This document shows positions 13,330 to 25,009 of a DNA stretch of 64,000 nucleotides, piece by piece; the stretch's first letter is position 1, and the number at the start of each line of letters is the position of its first letter. Position numbers and translations under genes: made by a program. The notes under the pieces are model-generated. The model made no database searches and was not told the DNA's origin. It worked only from the letters and a program-made list of their open reading frames with translations. Source of the stretch: Chiloscyllium plagiosum (Eukaryota); assembly GCF_004010195.1 (NCBI RefSeq), contig NC_057751.1:5870502-5934501 (forward strand), given 5' to 3'.

Positions 13330-13630
13330 TTCTGAGAGACAAAGTTGGACAAAGGAAGATGTCAAGCCAAACTTGGAGATATTGGAAAGGGTGACCAGAA
13401 CATAGGTCAAGGAAATGGCTCTGAACAGGTCTGGCAGGAGGACAAGGACTTGAAGATGCAGAGAGCTTTGAGAGAAATCCCTCAAAGTGTGAGGGCCTTG
13501 ACAGCTGAACAAATGGCTTTAGTTGGAAGTGGGAAGGCAGTCAGGATGTAAAAGAGAACAGGTATTAGAGTAATTTTGAATTCTGGAGAATGGGAATTCT
13601 AAAGATGGAAGCAGTTTCAGAGGCTCCAAA
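13330..13630 (-). mobile_element. L2 LINE 3' remnant
   Basis: ggagatattggaaagggtgaccagaacataggtcaagg pattern of the reverse L2-like 3' end. Confidence 0.45.
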
Positions 13631-14004
13631 GGGATACAAACAAAATGATGAGGGTTGTCTCACACTCTGTACTTTGCAATATTAGGTTATGAAATGGACA
13701 CTTCAGCAGAAACAAAATAGAAAAATCTCAATTTAAAATTCTGAGCTCATGTCATGTGATGCCATTGGTATTGGGATGGGAACTAAGAGAGACCCCAATA
13801 AGGTGGGGTTGCAGATTGAACACAATTTTCACAGCACCTCAACAAATGGACAGCTCATGTTTGAGAGGCAGAACTGAAGGAACCAGTGGTATGACAGGAT
13901 GAGGGCAAGGGAAGGTAGACTGAACTGCATTGTTTTCTCCACCAGGCAGGCTGCCTTTGAGAGTTTGGCTTCTGTTCAAAAGAAGTGACCAGACAGAGCT
14001 CTTT

Positions 14005-14720
14005 TTGTATCTGTTTATGGCATGTGGGGATTGCTGGCCAAACTAAAATTTATTACCCATCCCTAAATGCCCTTGTGAAGCTGTTGATCTGCTTTCATGA
14101 GCAATTGGCAACCCATGGTGGGGGAGCAACTCCCAGAATGCAGTTTGGAAGGAACTCTATGACTTTGATCTAAAGACAGTGAAAGAACATCAGTGAGTTT
14201 CATGGAGTGTGGCTTTGAGGGGAACTTGGACGCAATGGAGGTCCTGTGTATTTGCTGCCCTGGTTGTGCTGGGCTGTTGAGATTGCAGGTTTGGAAGGCA
14301 CTGTGCAAGGAGCTTTGGTGATTCACTGCAGTACATCATGTGTTTCAGTGCAAATGATACACACTTCTGCCACTGTGAATCAATGGTGGAGGGAGTGAGT
14401 GCTTAAAATGGTGGCGAGGAAGCCATCAAGTGGACGTCTTGGCCCTAGATGGTATCAAGCTATTTGAATGTGTTGAGCTGCACTTATCCAGGCAAGTGGA
14501 GATTATTCTATCACATTCCTGACCTGTGAATTGTACATGGTGGACAGGGTTTGAAAAGTCAGGAAATGGGCTATTCACTGTAGACCTCCCAGAATCAAAA
14601 CTGTTCTTGTAGCCACAGTATTTAGATGTCTGGTCCAGTTCAATTTCAAGTCAATCGTAACCTTTATTGATCCGGGGCAATTAAATGTTGACATGCCATT
14701 GAATGCCAAGATTTAGAAGT
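14005..14720 (-). mobile_element. LINE 3' region (CR1/L2-group) sharing its tail with the SINE at 43753
   Basis: gctggcc...atttattacccatccctaaatgccctt tail, reverse complement of 63600-63660; decayed RT C-terminus. Confidence 0.6.
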
Positions 14721-14913
14721 TGACTTCTTGTCTGAAGATTCTTTTGTCAAGGAGCAGCACATAGATAACAAAGGGGAGGGATCCAAAGATAGATTACAAA
14801 AGGTGGGGAGAAGGAACAGAAAACAGTAACAGTCAATTATGTGATTGCTGTTAAAAATGTGATATTACAATCAAATTAGGATAATTCCACTAAATCAGAC
14901 AATGTGAAAGAGA

Positions 14914-15528
14914 AGGAGAAAGTGAGGACTGCAGATGCTGGAGATCAGAGTCGAGATGTGGTGCTGGAAAAGCATGGCAGGTCAGGCAGCATCTGAGGAG
15001 CAGGCGATTCGACGTTTCAGGCATAAGCACTTCATCAGGACTGAGGCTTATGGGTCAGGGCTGAGAGATAAATGGGAGAGGGGGTGGGGTTGGGGGGAGG
15101 TAGCTGGGAAAACGATAGGTGAATTAAGGTGAGGGAGAAGGTGATAGGTCAGAGGGGGCAGTGATAGACAGGTGCGGAGAGCGGCGCCGAATTGGAGGCT
15201 TGGGACTGGGATAATGTGGGGGGAGGGTAAATGAGGAAGCCGTTGAAATCCACATTTATCCCGTGTAGTTGCAGGGTCCCAAGGTGGAATATGAGGCGTT
15301 CCTCCACCAGGCGTCGGGTGACAACAGTTTGGTGGTGGAGGAGGCCCAGGACCTGTATGTCCTTGACGGAGTGGGAAGGGGAATTGAAGTGTTCAGCCAT
15401 GGGGCGGTGGGGTGGTCGGTGTGAGTGTCCTGGAGATGTTCTCTGAAACGATCCACAAGAAGGCATCCTGTCTCCCCGATGTAGAGAAGACCACACTGGG
15501 TGTAACGGATTCAGTACATGACATTGGT
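14914..15528 (-). mobile_element. Penelope-like element 3' fragment (family A): GIY-YIG domain plus terminal repeat
   Basis: GLLYIGETG..DRFREHL and PMAEHFNSPSHS..VLGLLH..RRLVEERLIFHLGTLQ (frameshifted); hammerhead at 15011-15038; imperfect TSD agacaatg..agaga. Confidence 0.85.
15011..15038 (-). ncRNA. Minimal hammerhead ribozyme motif (family A)
   Basis: CTGATGA-a-gtgc-ttat-gcct-GAAA-c-GTC; core intact, stem II weakened. Confidence 0.5.
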
Positions 15529-15529
15529 A

Positions 15530-15930
15530 GACAATGGAAGAGACAGACTGGAGGAGGATGGCGGTATCACCATATGGAAGTGCTGCAGTGAAGATGACTA
15601 GGTCTTAAACCATGGTCACAGTTATAAAGATGTCCTTTATGTGTTATCTGCCTTTTTCACTGCTACTGCAGGGGCAAAAGCCTGATTGGAGATTCATGCT
15701 TTTTTTGTGGAGAGGGTGTGAGTGATTAGAGCGGATTTGATTGGGAGTAAGACTATTTAATGAGTGAAAACCACCAAATTTATTAGCCAGCAGAGGGTTC
15801 AGGAAGGAAAGTTGCATGGTTATCAGTTTAGTGGAATGAGAGTCAGGTGAACACAAAATGGGTCTCATGAAAAAGATGAGCCTGGAGTTCCAAAATGATA
15901 TGTCTAGTTTGAGTGCGTCATGACCATAAG
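15530..15930 (-). mobile_element. L2 LINE RT fragment
   Basis: ORF ends SMNLQSGFCPCSSSEK, similar to the L2 motif LQSGFRPxHSTET. Confidence 0.55.
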
Positions 15931-16284
15931 CTCTGATCAACTATGGATATATCAAACTTTTGCCCTGGAAATTACCATGAACATGTAACAGGGAGAAAAA
16001 GCAGCAGTCTGAATGAGATGCATGTTTTCTATCTTTCTGTTTCAAGAATACACAAGAACAGGAGTTAAAAGCCAGTTCAAGTGTGGTCTGTGTTTGACTG
16101 TGGAAGAAGGTACACTCATGAACTGAGGTATCCATGTGTACTGATCTGGGTTCCTGCATTAGTGTACAATGGAAATCACAATTGAAGAAACATTCACTAG
16201 CCACCCCTATATTGCAGATAAAGGACTGTTTTTTTTCCCTACCAGCCAACTGCTATCAAAAGGTAATAGGACAAAATAACTTTA

Positions 16285-16514
16285 AGTTGAAAAATGTGGT
16301 GCCTGAAAAACACAGCAGGCCAGGCAGCATCCGAGGAGCAGGAGAATCGATGTTCTGGGCATAAGCCCTTCTTCAGGAATGAGAATTCCTGAAGAAGGGC
16401 TTATGCCCGAAACGTCGATTCTCCTGCTCCTCGGATGCTGCCTGGCCTGCTGTGTTTTTCCAGCACCACATTTTTCAACTCTGGTCTCCAGCATCTGCAG
16501 TCCTCACTTTCTCC
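16285..16514. mobile_element. Hairpin PLE insert (family A): 96-bp inverted arms, 4-nt loop, 14-bp TSD
   Basis: Arms 16285-16380 and 16385-16480, loop gaga; caaaataactttaa at 16272-16285 and 16514-16527. Confidence 0.92.
16385..16420 (+). ncRNA. Minimal hammerhead ribozyme motif, intact core (family A)
   Basis: attc-CTGAAGA(16389)-a-gggc-ttat-gccc-GAAA(16409)-c-GTC-gatt. Confidence 0.7.
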
Positions 16515-17894
16515 AAAATAACTTTAACTCAACTGCAAAACCAAGAATCCTGAAATTATCTCCTTGACTCTCAGTTTGAATAATTCAGAGATTGAATGCT
16601 GTATGTGTTAACTTTTGTGAATTTTTGGATTCATTTTCATTTCTAACGTGTGTTACATTATTATTTCTTCTCATGTTTAATAACGAATAAACTTACTCTT
16701 TGTTGAATCAAGAAAGCCTGGCTGAATCGGCTCCTTTTAAAATGTAAATTTGTTTGATATGAGAGAAAGATATCCACAAGTGAGGAAATCCTTTGTTGCA
16801 ACAAACCAAGGGCACAGGATGCATAAAAAAAGAAGAGTTAGTTCATCTCTCTTCACCTGGAAGCTTGTAAGTTTTGGGGTGTCCCATTTGAAACTATAAT
16901 AACTTGGGGGTCCTCACCCAGATTCTTGTCAGAGCAAATGATAAACTCAAATTATGGAACTGAAGCTTTCCTCCTTATCATCTCTGCAGTCAAATTGTCT
17001 GGAAAGTCAAAGCATTATTGACCAAACTGTCTTGGAAACAAAAATCAGGCGAAGTTTTTACAGTCCACATGGTGATGTTTGCCAATTCTAGAGGAAAGCT
17101 CAATCCACCCTAACACTTTCTCATCAACTGTTTGAGCACACTGCGTGATGAAACATATTTCCAGTTCTTTCCTTCCATTTCAGCAGAAAGAACTTCTCAT
17201 TCTCATCGCACCCAACACCATCACCTCTGCCACTCTCTCCCTGGAGTTCTCAACTTGCCCATTTTCACATCTTAAGTCACCTCCCTCCATTCTCCCCAAT
17301 GTCCAAGATTTGTTTTTTAACCTTTCTTCAAAGGGAAATAACATTTGTTGTTTGCAAGTTACTACTTTGAGAATTTAACAAGAAATTCTTATTTTGTACA
17401 ATATAATTGCACTGTGGAGAAAGTTCACCGAAATGGGGGACTAATTGTAATAGAATGACAACATAAGAACATTGGACGAAAGGTCTTCTATGCTGAATGC
17501 TTCTATATTTGAGTACATAATTTTGTAACTCAGAAATGTAGCCCGCCCTTTCTGGATCTTTTGCATATTTTCACAATCTCCTACCTCCTTAAAAAATAGA
17601 TTCTTCCAAATCCATCTTCATAACTGCATGGGTCCTGGAAACTGGAAACAGTTGTCCTGGCTCTCATAATTAGTGTTGTTGACAACGCTGTGGTAGCAAG
17701 ATTTTCATCTTTGAGACACTGCAGGAATTTAAATTTTAATCCCAGAAAAGATTGACATTTATGGTTTCCACAGTTAACAGTAGAATACAGGAGTTATACA
17801 ACTAATACAAGAGTTTCCATTTTTTTTCTTATATGGATAAAACTAGTTTGTTTTGACAAATGGCACACTGGAGGAGTCATAGTGCTGGATACGT

Positions 17895-18362
17895 GTCATT
17901 GAAAGGGTTCAGAAAAAATTTACCAGGATGTTGCCAGGGTTGGAGGATTTGAACTATAGGGAGAGGTTGAATAGGCTGGGGCTGTCGGAGGCAAAGGGGT
18001 GACCTTATGGATGTTTATAATATCATGAGGGGCCTGGATAGGATAACTGGAGAAAGTCTCTTCCCTGGGGTGGGGGAGTCCAGAACCAGAGGGCATAGGT
18101 TTAGGGTGAGAGGGGAAAGAAATAAAACAGACCTAAGGGGCAACTTTTTCATGTAGAGTATGGAATGAGTTGCCAGAGGAAGTGGTGGAGGCTAATACGA
18201 TTGTGACATTTAAAATGTATCTGGATGGGTATATGAACAGGAAGGGTTTAGAGGGATAGGGACTGGGTTCTGGCAGGTGGGACTAGATTGGGTTGGGATA
18301 TCTGGTTGGCATGACAAGTTGGACCGAAGGATCTGTTTCCATGCTGTACATCTCTATGACTC
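17895..18362 (+). mobile_element. CR1 LINE 3' end (HER1-like)
   Basis: RVQKKFTRMLPGLEDLNYRERLNRLG...SRTRGHRFRVRGE; tail gaccgaaggatctgtttccatgctgtacatctctatgactcta. Confidence 0.9.
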
Positions 18363-18842
18363 TATTTGAGGGGATAGATGAATGTCGTTGCTGTCTATTT
18401 CCATAGTCTAAAAGTCTTCTCATTAAATTAGCTAGGAGCCAGAAATGTGTAACATTTGACTTGAATAACTTGAAAGACTTTAAAAAATTATATTCCTCAT
18501 ATATCATTATGAAATAACCAGATACATATTGAGTACCTAATCTTTATGTTTAGCATGCTGCAGATGAATTTATTGCATTTTCTCTTGACCTGATGGTTTC
18601 TGGTACATTGATAGCTAACTGCCTTTTGAAGTGTTGCTGAAAATGTGCAACATATATTCATACACAGGTCCCTAGCCTCTGCAAGTAGAAAAAGCATGAT
18701 TGAGACATTATGCCTTTTTTGAATTAAACAAAAGCAGAGAGGATATCAATTTCCTCATACATTTGCCACAGCAATGTCTCAGCCAATCAGTATCAACTTG
18801 CCAATTGATCAGCAGTCTTTTTTTCCATTGTATAATTTCTTG

Positions 18843-19044
18843 AGCTAGCAAGTTTTGAGAAGATTTGTAGCCACATTTCAATCATGACATAACCAATCCA
18901 AAGAAACCTAAACACACACAAAAAAAGAAAGTGCGTCACTAACACCAGTGCTTCACCAGAGACTGACTGATGATGTTACCATCATGGTGATGAAACATCT
19001 GAAAATGAACCTTCCAGCTCAGCGAACAAATTTACATCCAGAAC
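18843..19044 (+). mobile_element. PLE terminal repeat (family C) with short inverted 5' piece
   Basis: Homologous to 32380-32526; inverted agttttgagaagatttgtagc at the 5' end; ttcttg duplicated at 18837-18842 and 19045-19050. Confidence 0.7.
18967..18999 (+). ncRNA. Minimal hammerhead ribozyme motif (family C)
   Basis: CTGATGA-t-gttacca-tca-tggtgat-GAAA-c-ATC; 7-bp stem II including G.U pairs; stem III CpG decayed. Confidence 0.55.
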
Positions 19045-19269
19045 TTCTTGCTGTCTTTGAAATTTTGAATTCTTGAATCTCTCCTGATAAGTGCAATATA
19101 GAAAGGTTTGACAATGTGTCTATTTTTTCAGTGATACTTGAGTTCGGTATGACCAAGTAGCTTTTTTGGAGTGTGAAAATGAATTGGAGATTGATGATAA
19201 ATTCTTGTCGTTAACCATTTATGGCTTCTAATCAGTTCAAAAAATTAATTTGGAGCTCAGTTCATGGCT

Positions 19270-19478
19270 ACAGCAACAAATTGCATTTATACGATGTCAC
19301 AATGCTGTAAAACATCAAAATTATTTTCAGGGGGACATAATCTGACATCAATTAACACTTTGCCAAAGAAGGGGACATCAGGACATGTGATCAAGAGCTT
19401 GATTAAAGAATCAGATTTTAAACAGCATATTTAAGACATTGTCAGAATTCAAGGTATGGAGGGGTTGAGGGAGGGAAT
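19270..19478 (-). mobile_element. L2 LINE 3' end
   Basis: caacaaattgcatttata...ggacatgtgatcaagagcttgattaaaga...gggagggaatt, reverse L2-like tail. Confidence 0.55.
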
Positions 19479-19606
19479 TTCATCAGGTGGAAGGAGCAGA
19501 GCTCCGAAAGCTAGTGCTTCTAAATCAACCCGTTGGACTGTAACCTGGTATTGTGTGATTTTTAACTTTGTACACCCCAGTCCAACACCAGCATCTCCAA
19601 ATCATG
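19479..19606 (+). mobile_element. PLE terminal repeat (family B) with tiny inverted 5' piece
   Basis: ttcatcaggtg (reverse complement of cacctgatgaa) fused to gaaggagcagagctccGAAAgcta...ccaaatcatg. Confidence 0.8.
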
Positions 19607-21459
19607 GAATAAAGAAAGCGTGGTGTGCTGAATATGTTGGGCAAATACACAATCAAACATATAGTTTTAAAAACCTAAGTCGCTTTACAATTGCCATACG
19701 AATGAACTTTACTATCACAATGAAGTGTTTCAGTTTACAAAACCAGTTGATTCAGGGAAATGGATATTTCCTTGGAGATAAAGTAGCAACAATGATTTTA
19801 CCATATCCATTCTTATTATTCAGTTTTAGATTGGTATTGCTGAATGCAGCTTAAAATCAGGAAGCACATTTTTGTGCTCAGCTAAAGGCATATTTGTAAA
19901 TATTCACCCAAAAGGCTGTGAATGTTGGGGCATCTGAAATATTCAAGATTGATTGATTTTTGTTCAGTAAGGATATGAAGAATTATAGCATGAGTACATG
20001 AGTTTAAAGTATAGATCACCCATCATATAATCAAGCCAGAAAAGATTGGCGTGGCTCTGCTATCAATCTATAAACCATTCCTGCTAAAATAAACATTTTT
20101 CACATTCATTTTGCAATTTTGTTATGAGTGACTGTATCCATAAAAGTTTCAAAAATTGATTAAGGGATACTGTGAATTAGCAACTCTATTTAGATTTAAC
20201 AAAAAGATCATGACACTTTAACAGGAAATTAACAGTGAATGTATTTCCTAAATTAGTTAAATTCAGTGCAGCCGTGGAAAATCCATTTTTCAAAATTAAG
20301 GCAGTCATCTGAAGTAAAAGAGCTAATTCCTACATAAAAACATCAGGTAAATATCAAGCATTTAGATGTTCATTTTACCAGTCTTACATTATACGCAGCT
20401 ATGTCTCATAAATTGATAGCTTTGGAGTACAATTTCCATCATGCAGAATCTGTGTCAAAGAGGCTGTCAAAAACAGAATTGCTTTTCTTTCTAAGTGATT
20501 ATCACAAAGATTTTTTTGTTAGTCAACAGGAACCTGCCACTTCTCCCTCTGCTCACCCAAAACCTCAAAAACTGTTCCTGGTCTACTCCCTGTGTCATGC
20601 TCCCTCTGTCACATCATTATTGTACCTAAATGCAAAAGTAAACCTGCTTTGACTTGACTTGCAATGAAAGCGTATTGAGAAATATTAGCAGACCCTACTT
20701 TCGGTACTGCGGATTATTCTGTTAAGGAACACAACTCAGACGTACAGGCCACAGAGTTCCTTGCATTCCTCTGATATTGTCCCTAGGTTCTGTCATTTTT
20801 GTTGATTCCCTTTCATTAAAAAGTTAACTTTGGCCTCCTCTCAAATTAATTAGTAGCATCAGTCCCTGGAGAGAGATTGAGCTAAGTTGTCAGGAATGTA
20901 GCTTGCTCAAACCGAAATGCCAAAGTGTTGAATTCTTTTTGTTTTGCAGGCAGATGTTGAAACTACTCACGGCAGAATATAAATCCTGTTTCAAGGTTCC
21001 CCTTTCCCATTTTCAAGTGCTACCTACAAACTTAAAAATGACCTCCTTAACTGAGCAAATCTGCATTTTGTGTCTTACTTTCTATTGTGAGATAAAGTGT
21101 TGGTCCTGTTCTAAATCAGCAAATTCCCTTAACTGACTTCCATAATCCCACAGGATATCCACTAATGCTTTTATCCTTATTTTTAGTTTCTTTCGGTAGC
21201 ATGCTCGCAGACACTAGTTTTCCCTTTTGGATGTAAACCAGAGAATGGAATCACAAGCCATGCACTCCACCGCTTGTCCTTCTTCCATATTAGCGAATAC
21301 AGTCAGGTGTAGGGCATAAGGGCAACCACTGGGCAGGAGAAACATGATGTTTCAATGAGACCTATACTTCCACTCGCAAACCCTATTTCAAATCATGAGA
21401 TTGTCCAGTTAATGTACTTTATATCCTGTTCCACCTCTGGGGTCAGTTTTTTTTTTGAC

Positions 21460-21788
21460 TAGATTACATACAGTATGGAAACAGGCCTTTCAGCCCAACA
21501 AGTCCATACCAGCCCACTGAAGAGGAACCCACCCAGGCCCCATTCCCCCTATCCTGAATTTACCCCTTGACTAATGCACCTAACACTATGGGCAATTTAG
21601 CATGGCCAATTCACCTGATCTGCACATCTTTGGACTGTGCAAGAAAACTGGAGCGCCTGGAGGAAACCCACGCAGACACAGGGAGAATGTGCAAACTCCA
21701 CACAGACAGTCGCCCAAGGCTGGAATTAAACCAGTGTCCCTGGCGCTGTGAGGCAGCAGTGCTAACCACTGAGCCACCGCACTGCCCC
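21460..21788 (-). mobile_element. HE1-type tRNA-derived V-SINE
   Basis: Reverse complement of 45109-45426 (A/B boxes, V domain gtggagtttgcac.ttctccc.gtgtctgcgtgggtttcctc). Confidence 0.92.
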
Positions 21789-23699
21789 ATTGCAGTTTGC
21801 ATTCCCACTAAATATCTTCCATTGTTGCTCATTTGTCACACAAGGTATTCTAAAGTCCTGCACTCTGGAGCAAATTCAGCAGAAGAGGAATTTTCAGAAA
21901 CTAATTTCAGAGTTCTGCCTTCATGGGATATGGTTTATAATTTCATTGGTTACCTGCCAATTTAAAATGTTCAGGACACTACTTTAGAATGGCTGCATGA
22001 AAATGATTCTCTCCTGCTCAGGGACATCATACTCAAACACCTGACTCTTTCTATCAGTGGTGCATTTGCAGAATCCCTCTGTTGAATATGGACATTCATT
22101 TTGGGATAGAAGGGTGCCAATCAAAGCCTTGAATCTGTTCCACCATTCATGGAAACCACAGCAAAGGTGTTTCATCTGCCTGACTGGCTGCAAATCATTT
22201 TATTGGCTTATAAAAGTCTCAGACTTTAAATGATGAATTGAAGGAACATTTAGTGCTTGCGTCGACTGATGTAACAGCATCTGGGGATTGAGAAACAGTG
22301 TTATCTTTTTAGGCCAGTGCCTTCACAACAAGAAAATGCTGCAGATGAAACAGGTTTAAACAGATTCAGAAGTTGGGAAAAAGGGAAGAAAGAACTGAAG
22401 GGAAGGTCTGTGATGATGTTGGAAGGCAAGGGTGTGATTAAACATCTATTTCTTTAAATAAAAGCAAGTTTCTCCTTTCATTTGCCCTTTGCATGAACAA
22501 GTGTTCCTCTTTTCTCTCTCTTAACCCTGTTGATTCCTTTCAAATTTTGTAAACGCTCAATCAAACCTCTCTCAATTGTCCATACTCCAGGCAATGCAAG
22601 CTGTATTCTTCCTTGTAATCTAATCCTTATAGTCCTGGCAATACTCTAGTGAACATGAGTTGCACCCCTTTCAAGGCCAAGGGATCTTTCTAAGATGCAG
22701 CAACAGAACTTTACAAGTAACTCCATGTGATCTCACCAGGATTTTAAATGGATGGAGCAAAACCTGCGAGTGCTATACTTGTAAAGACTAATGTAACGTT
22801 ATTACTGTGTCAATGGAAATGAAGGGGTGAGGAAATCTGATTCACCCTACTTAATGTTCACTCAGAAGGCTTGATCGAATAGCAACTTCTCAGACATACA
22901 TTTACACAATCCTTTCGTACTGTCAATTCTAGAGGATGTTTTTTAGTGTGTCGACAATGAAGGAGAATATCATAATTCTCATAATTCTAGAGCCAGTTTG
23001 ACCCCACCCCCCACAATATAGAAACATCTGAAACCAAGGTCTATGGAGTACGTGGCATTCTGGAAATGCTTGTCAATGTGTTGAAATTTGCATTCTAAAC
23101 ATCTTGCACTTTTCTGTGAAAATTGAAAACCAATCGCCAAAAGTTTTCTCACAAAGTTTAGTACTTTATCCATGGATCATGGAGCTGCAATCATCCATTG
23201 TTTTAGCAAAATAATACTGAAGGCCATATCAAGTATGTACCTTTGCAAGAGTGTTGCAAGAGTTAAATGTAACAAACCTAACTGCACAGCTCCTAGGAAA
23301 ATTAAGACATGGAGGCCAGTATGGGCAGTTGTTTGAGTTTCTGATGAGGATTTGTCAATAACTGACTAATGCAACAATCAACATTCTGACTGAGCCTCCT
23401 TCTCTAAGCAGATTAGATGAAACTACAACTTGAAAGTTGATAGAAAAGGCAGATCACTTCTGTGGGCAGGTCGGGCTATTGGTTTACTACTTCACACTTA
23501 ATAACTTTCCAATTCCAAGTGTAATTCTTCTGAGATTGGAAAGGCAGCTCGTGTCAAAGTGCACCTCTTTGTCTTCTTGAGTGTCTGTTAGTCTTTCAAT
23601 GACAATATTATAGAAGAGTCGAAATAAAGAAGGCTGGCACAAGTTAAAAACATACTAATAAAGCATATAAATAGAAAGACAAATGGAATACAAGTCATC

Positions 23700-24260
23700 A
23701 CCTTCAGGCTTTTACAAGTGAAGAAGTCTTGCTGCAATTTTATGGGACTTTTATAAGATCATGCCTGGAGTACTGTGGACAATCATGGTCTCTTTACCAA
23801 ATACAAGATATGCTTGTTTAAGAGTGCAACAAAGGTTCATTGGATTTATTCCTGCACAGAGAAGGTTTTCCTGTCAGGACAGATTGAGTGGAGTGGGACT
23901 GTATTCTCTGGAGTTCTCAGAAATATGAAAGATAATAATCTTTAAATGCACCAAATTCAACAGAAGGTGGACAGGATTGATTCTGACAGAGTGTTTTCCC
24001 AAGCTGGAGATTCTAAAACTGTGGGGCAAACTCGAAGGATAAGGGATCAGCCATTTTGGATTGAAATGAAGACAAATTTCTTCACTGAAGAAGTTGTTAT
24101 TCTTTGGAATTCTCTATTCCAAAAGGACTGTGGATGTTTACTCACTGAATATATTCAGGACTGAGATCAATAGATTTTTGAACACAAGGAAATTGAGAAA
24201 TGTTGATCAGACGAAAGCTAGAATTGATGTAACTGTTCACCCATGATTTTATTCATTGGG
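23700..24260 (+). mobile_element. CR1 LINE ORF2 3' part, old
   Basis: LEYCGQSWS, VQQRF and EMKTNFFTEEVVILWNSL CR1 motifs. Confidence 0.75.
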
Positions 24261-24274
24261 AAAGAGGCATGTTG

Positions 24275-24372
24275 GGTTGAAAAGTGTGGTGCTGGAAAAG
24301 CATAGTAGATTAGGCAGCATCCAAGGAGCAGGAGAATCGACGGTTTGTGCATAAGCCCTTCATCAGGAATGT
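24275..24372 (-). mobile_element. Short PLE terminal-repeat insert (family A), hammerhead decayed
   Basis: Homologous to 16285-16380. Confidence 0.8.
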
Positions 24373-25009
24373 GAGGCTTCTCAGGGCAAATTGGCTGACA
24401 TTTGTATCAATTATATTTTTAAACAGTAAAGTGGTCTTCAAAGGAGGGGAAGCTGTGAAATTTGTTCACCAAATATTTTAGCATAGTGTGGAAAATTGAG
24501 GAATGTCCTTTTATGAATCATTATTCAATCAGCACAAACTCTTTGAGATTCCACAGACACCAACAAATTCATCATAGACTGAATTTTAATTCAAGGGTTC
24601 AAATGAGTTCAATGAGGAAACATGCACCATCTAAGCATTCAGTTACTGTGCTACATTTACAAGGGGATTTTCTCAGGAGCCTGGTCTTGATCCTGTTTTG
24701 GAGGAGAATGGCTGTGTATCTTTCCAGAGAATGCTTTCTAACATTGCTTTGCCTTGGCACTTAGATGAGCTACAGTGCTGAGTTTCAGGAAGTCAATAGA
24801 TGGATTTTTGGTCAATTCATGATGTTACACAAAGCTTCTTCAAGATTTTTTGAGGGCAAAAGCATTCTTGTTTCATATAAAAGAAATGAAAATTTAGCTT
24901 GACACTTGTTCACATGCCTCTCAGAGTTTCACGCCTCTAGTTTGTACAAACTAGACCCTGCTGGCTGCACAGGCACTGGTGTTGCGTTGATTCTGAAAGC
25001 AGGTAACAT

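Noticed and set aside
16530..16925. LTR 3' end followed by a tRNA-Pro-like primer binding site (tgggggtcctcacccagat)
   Set aside because: Only a loose PBS resemblance; I could not define LTR boundaries or a TSD.
19084..19106. Possible sixth hammerhead family (CTGATAA-gtgcaatata-GAAA)
   Set aside because: G8 is missing, there is no stem II pairing, and it is a single copy; too degenerate to support.
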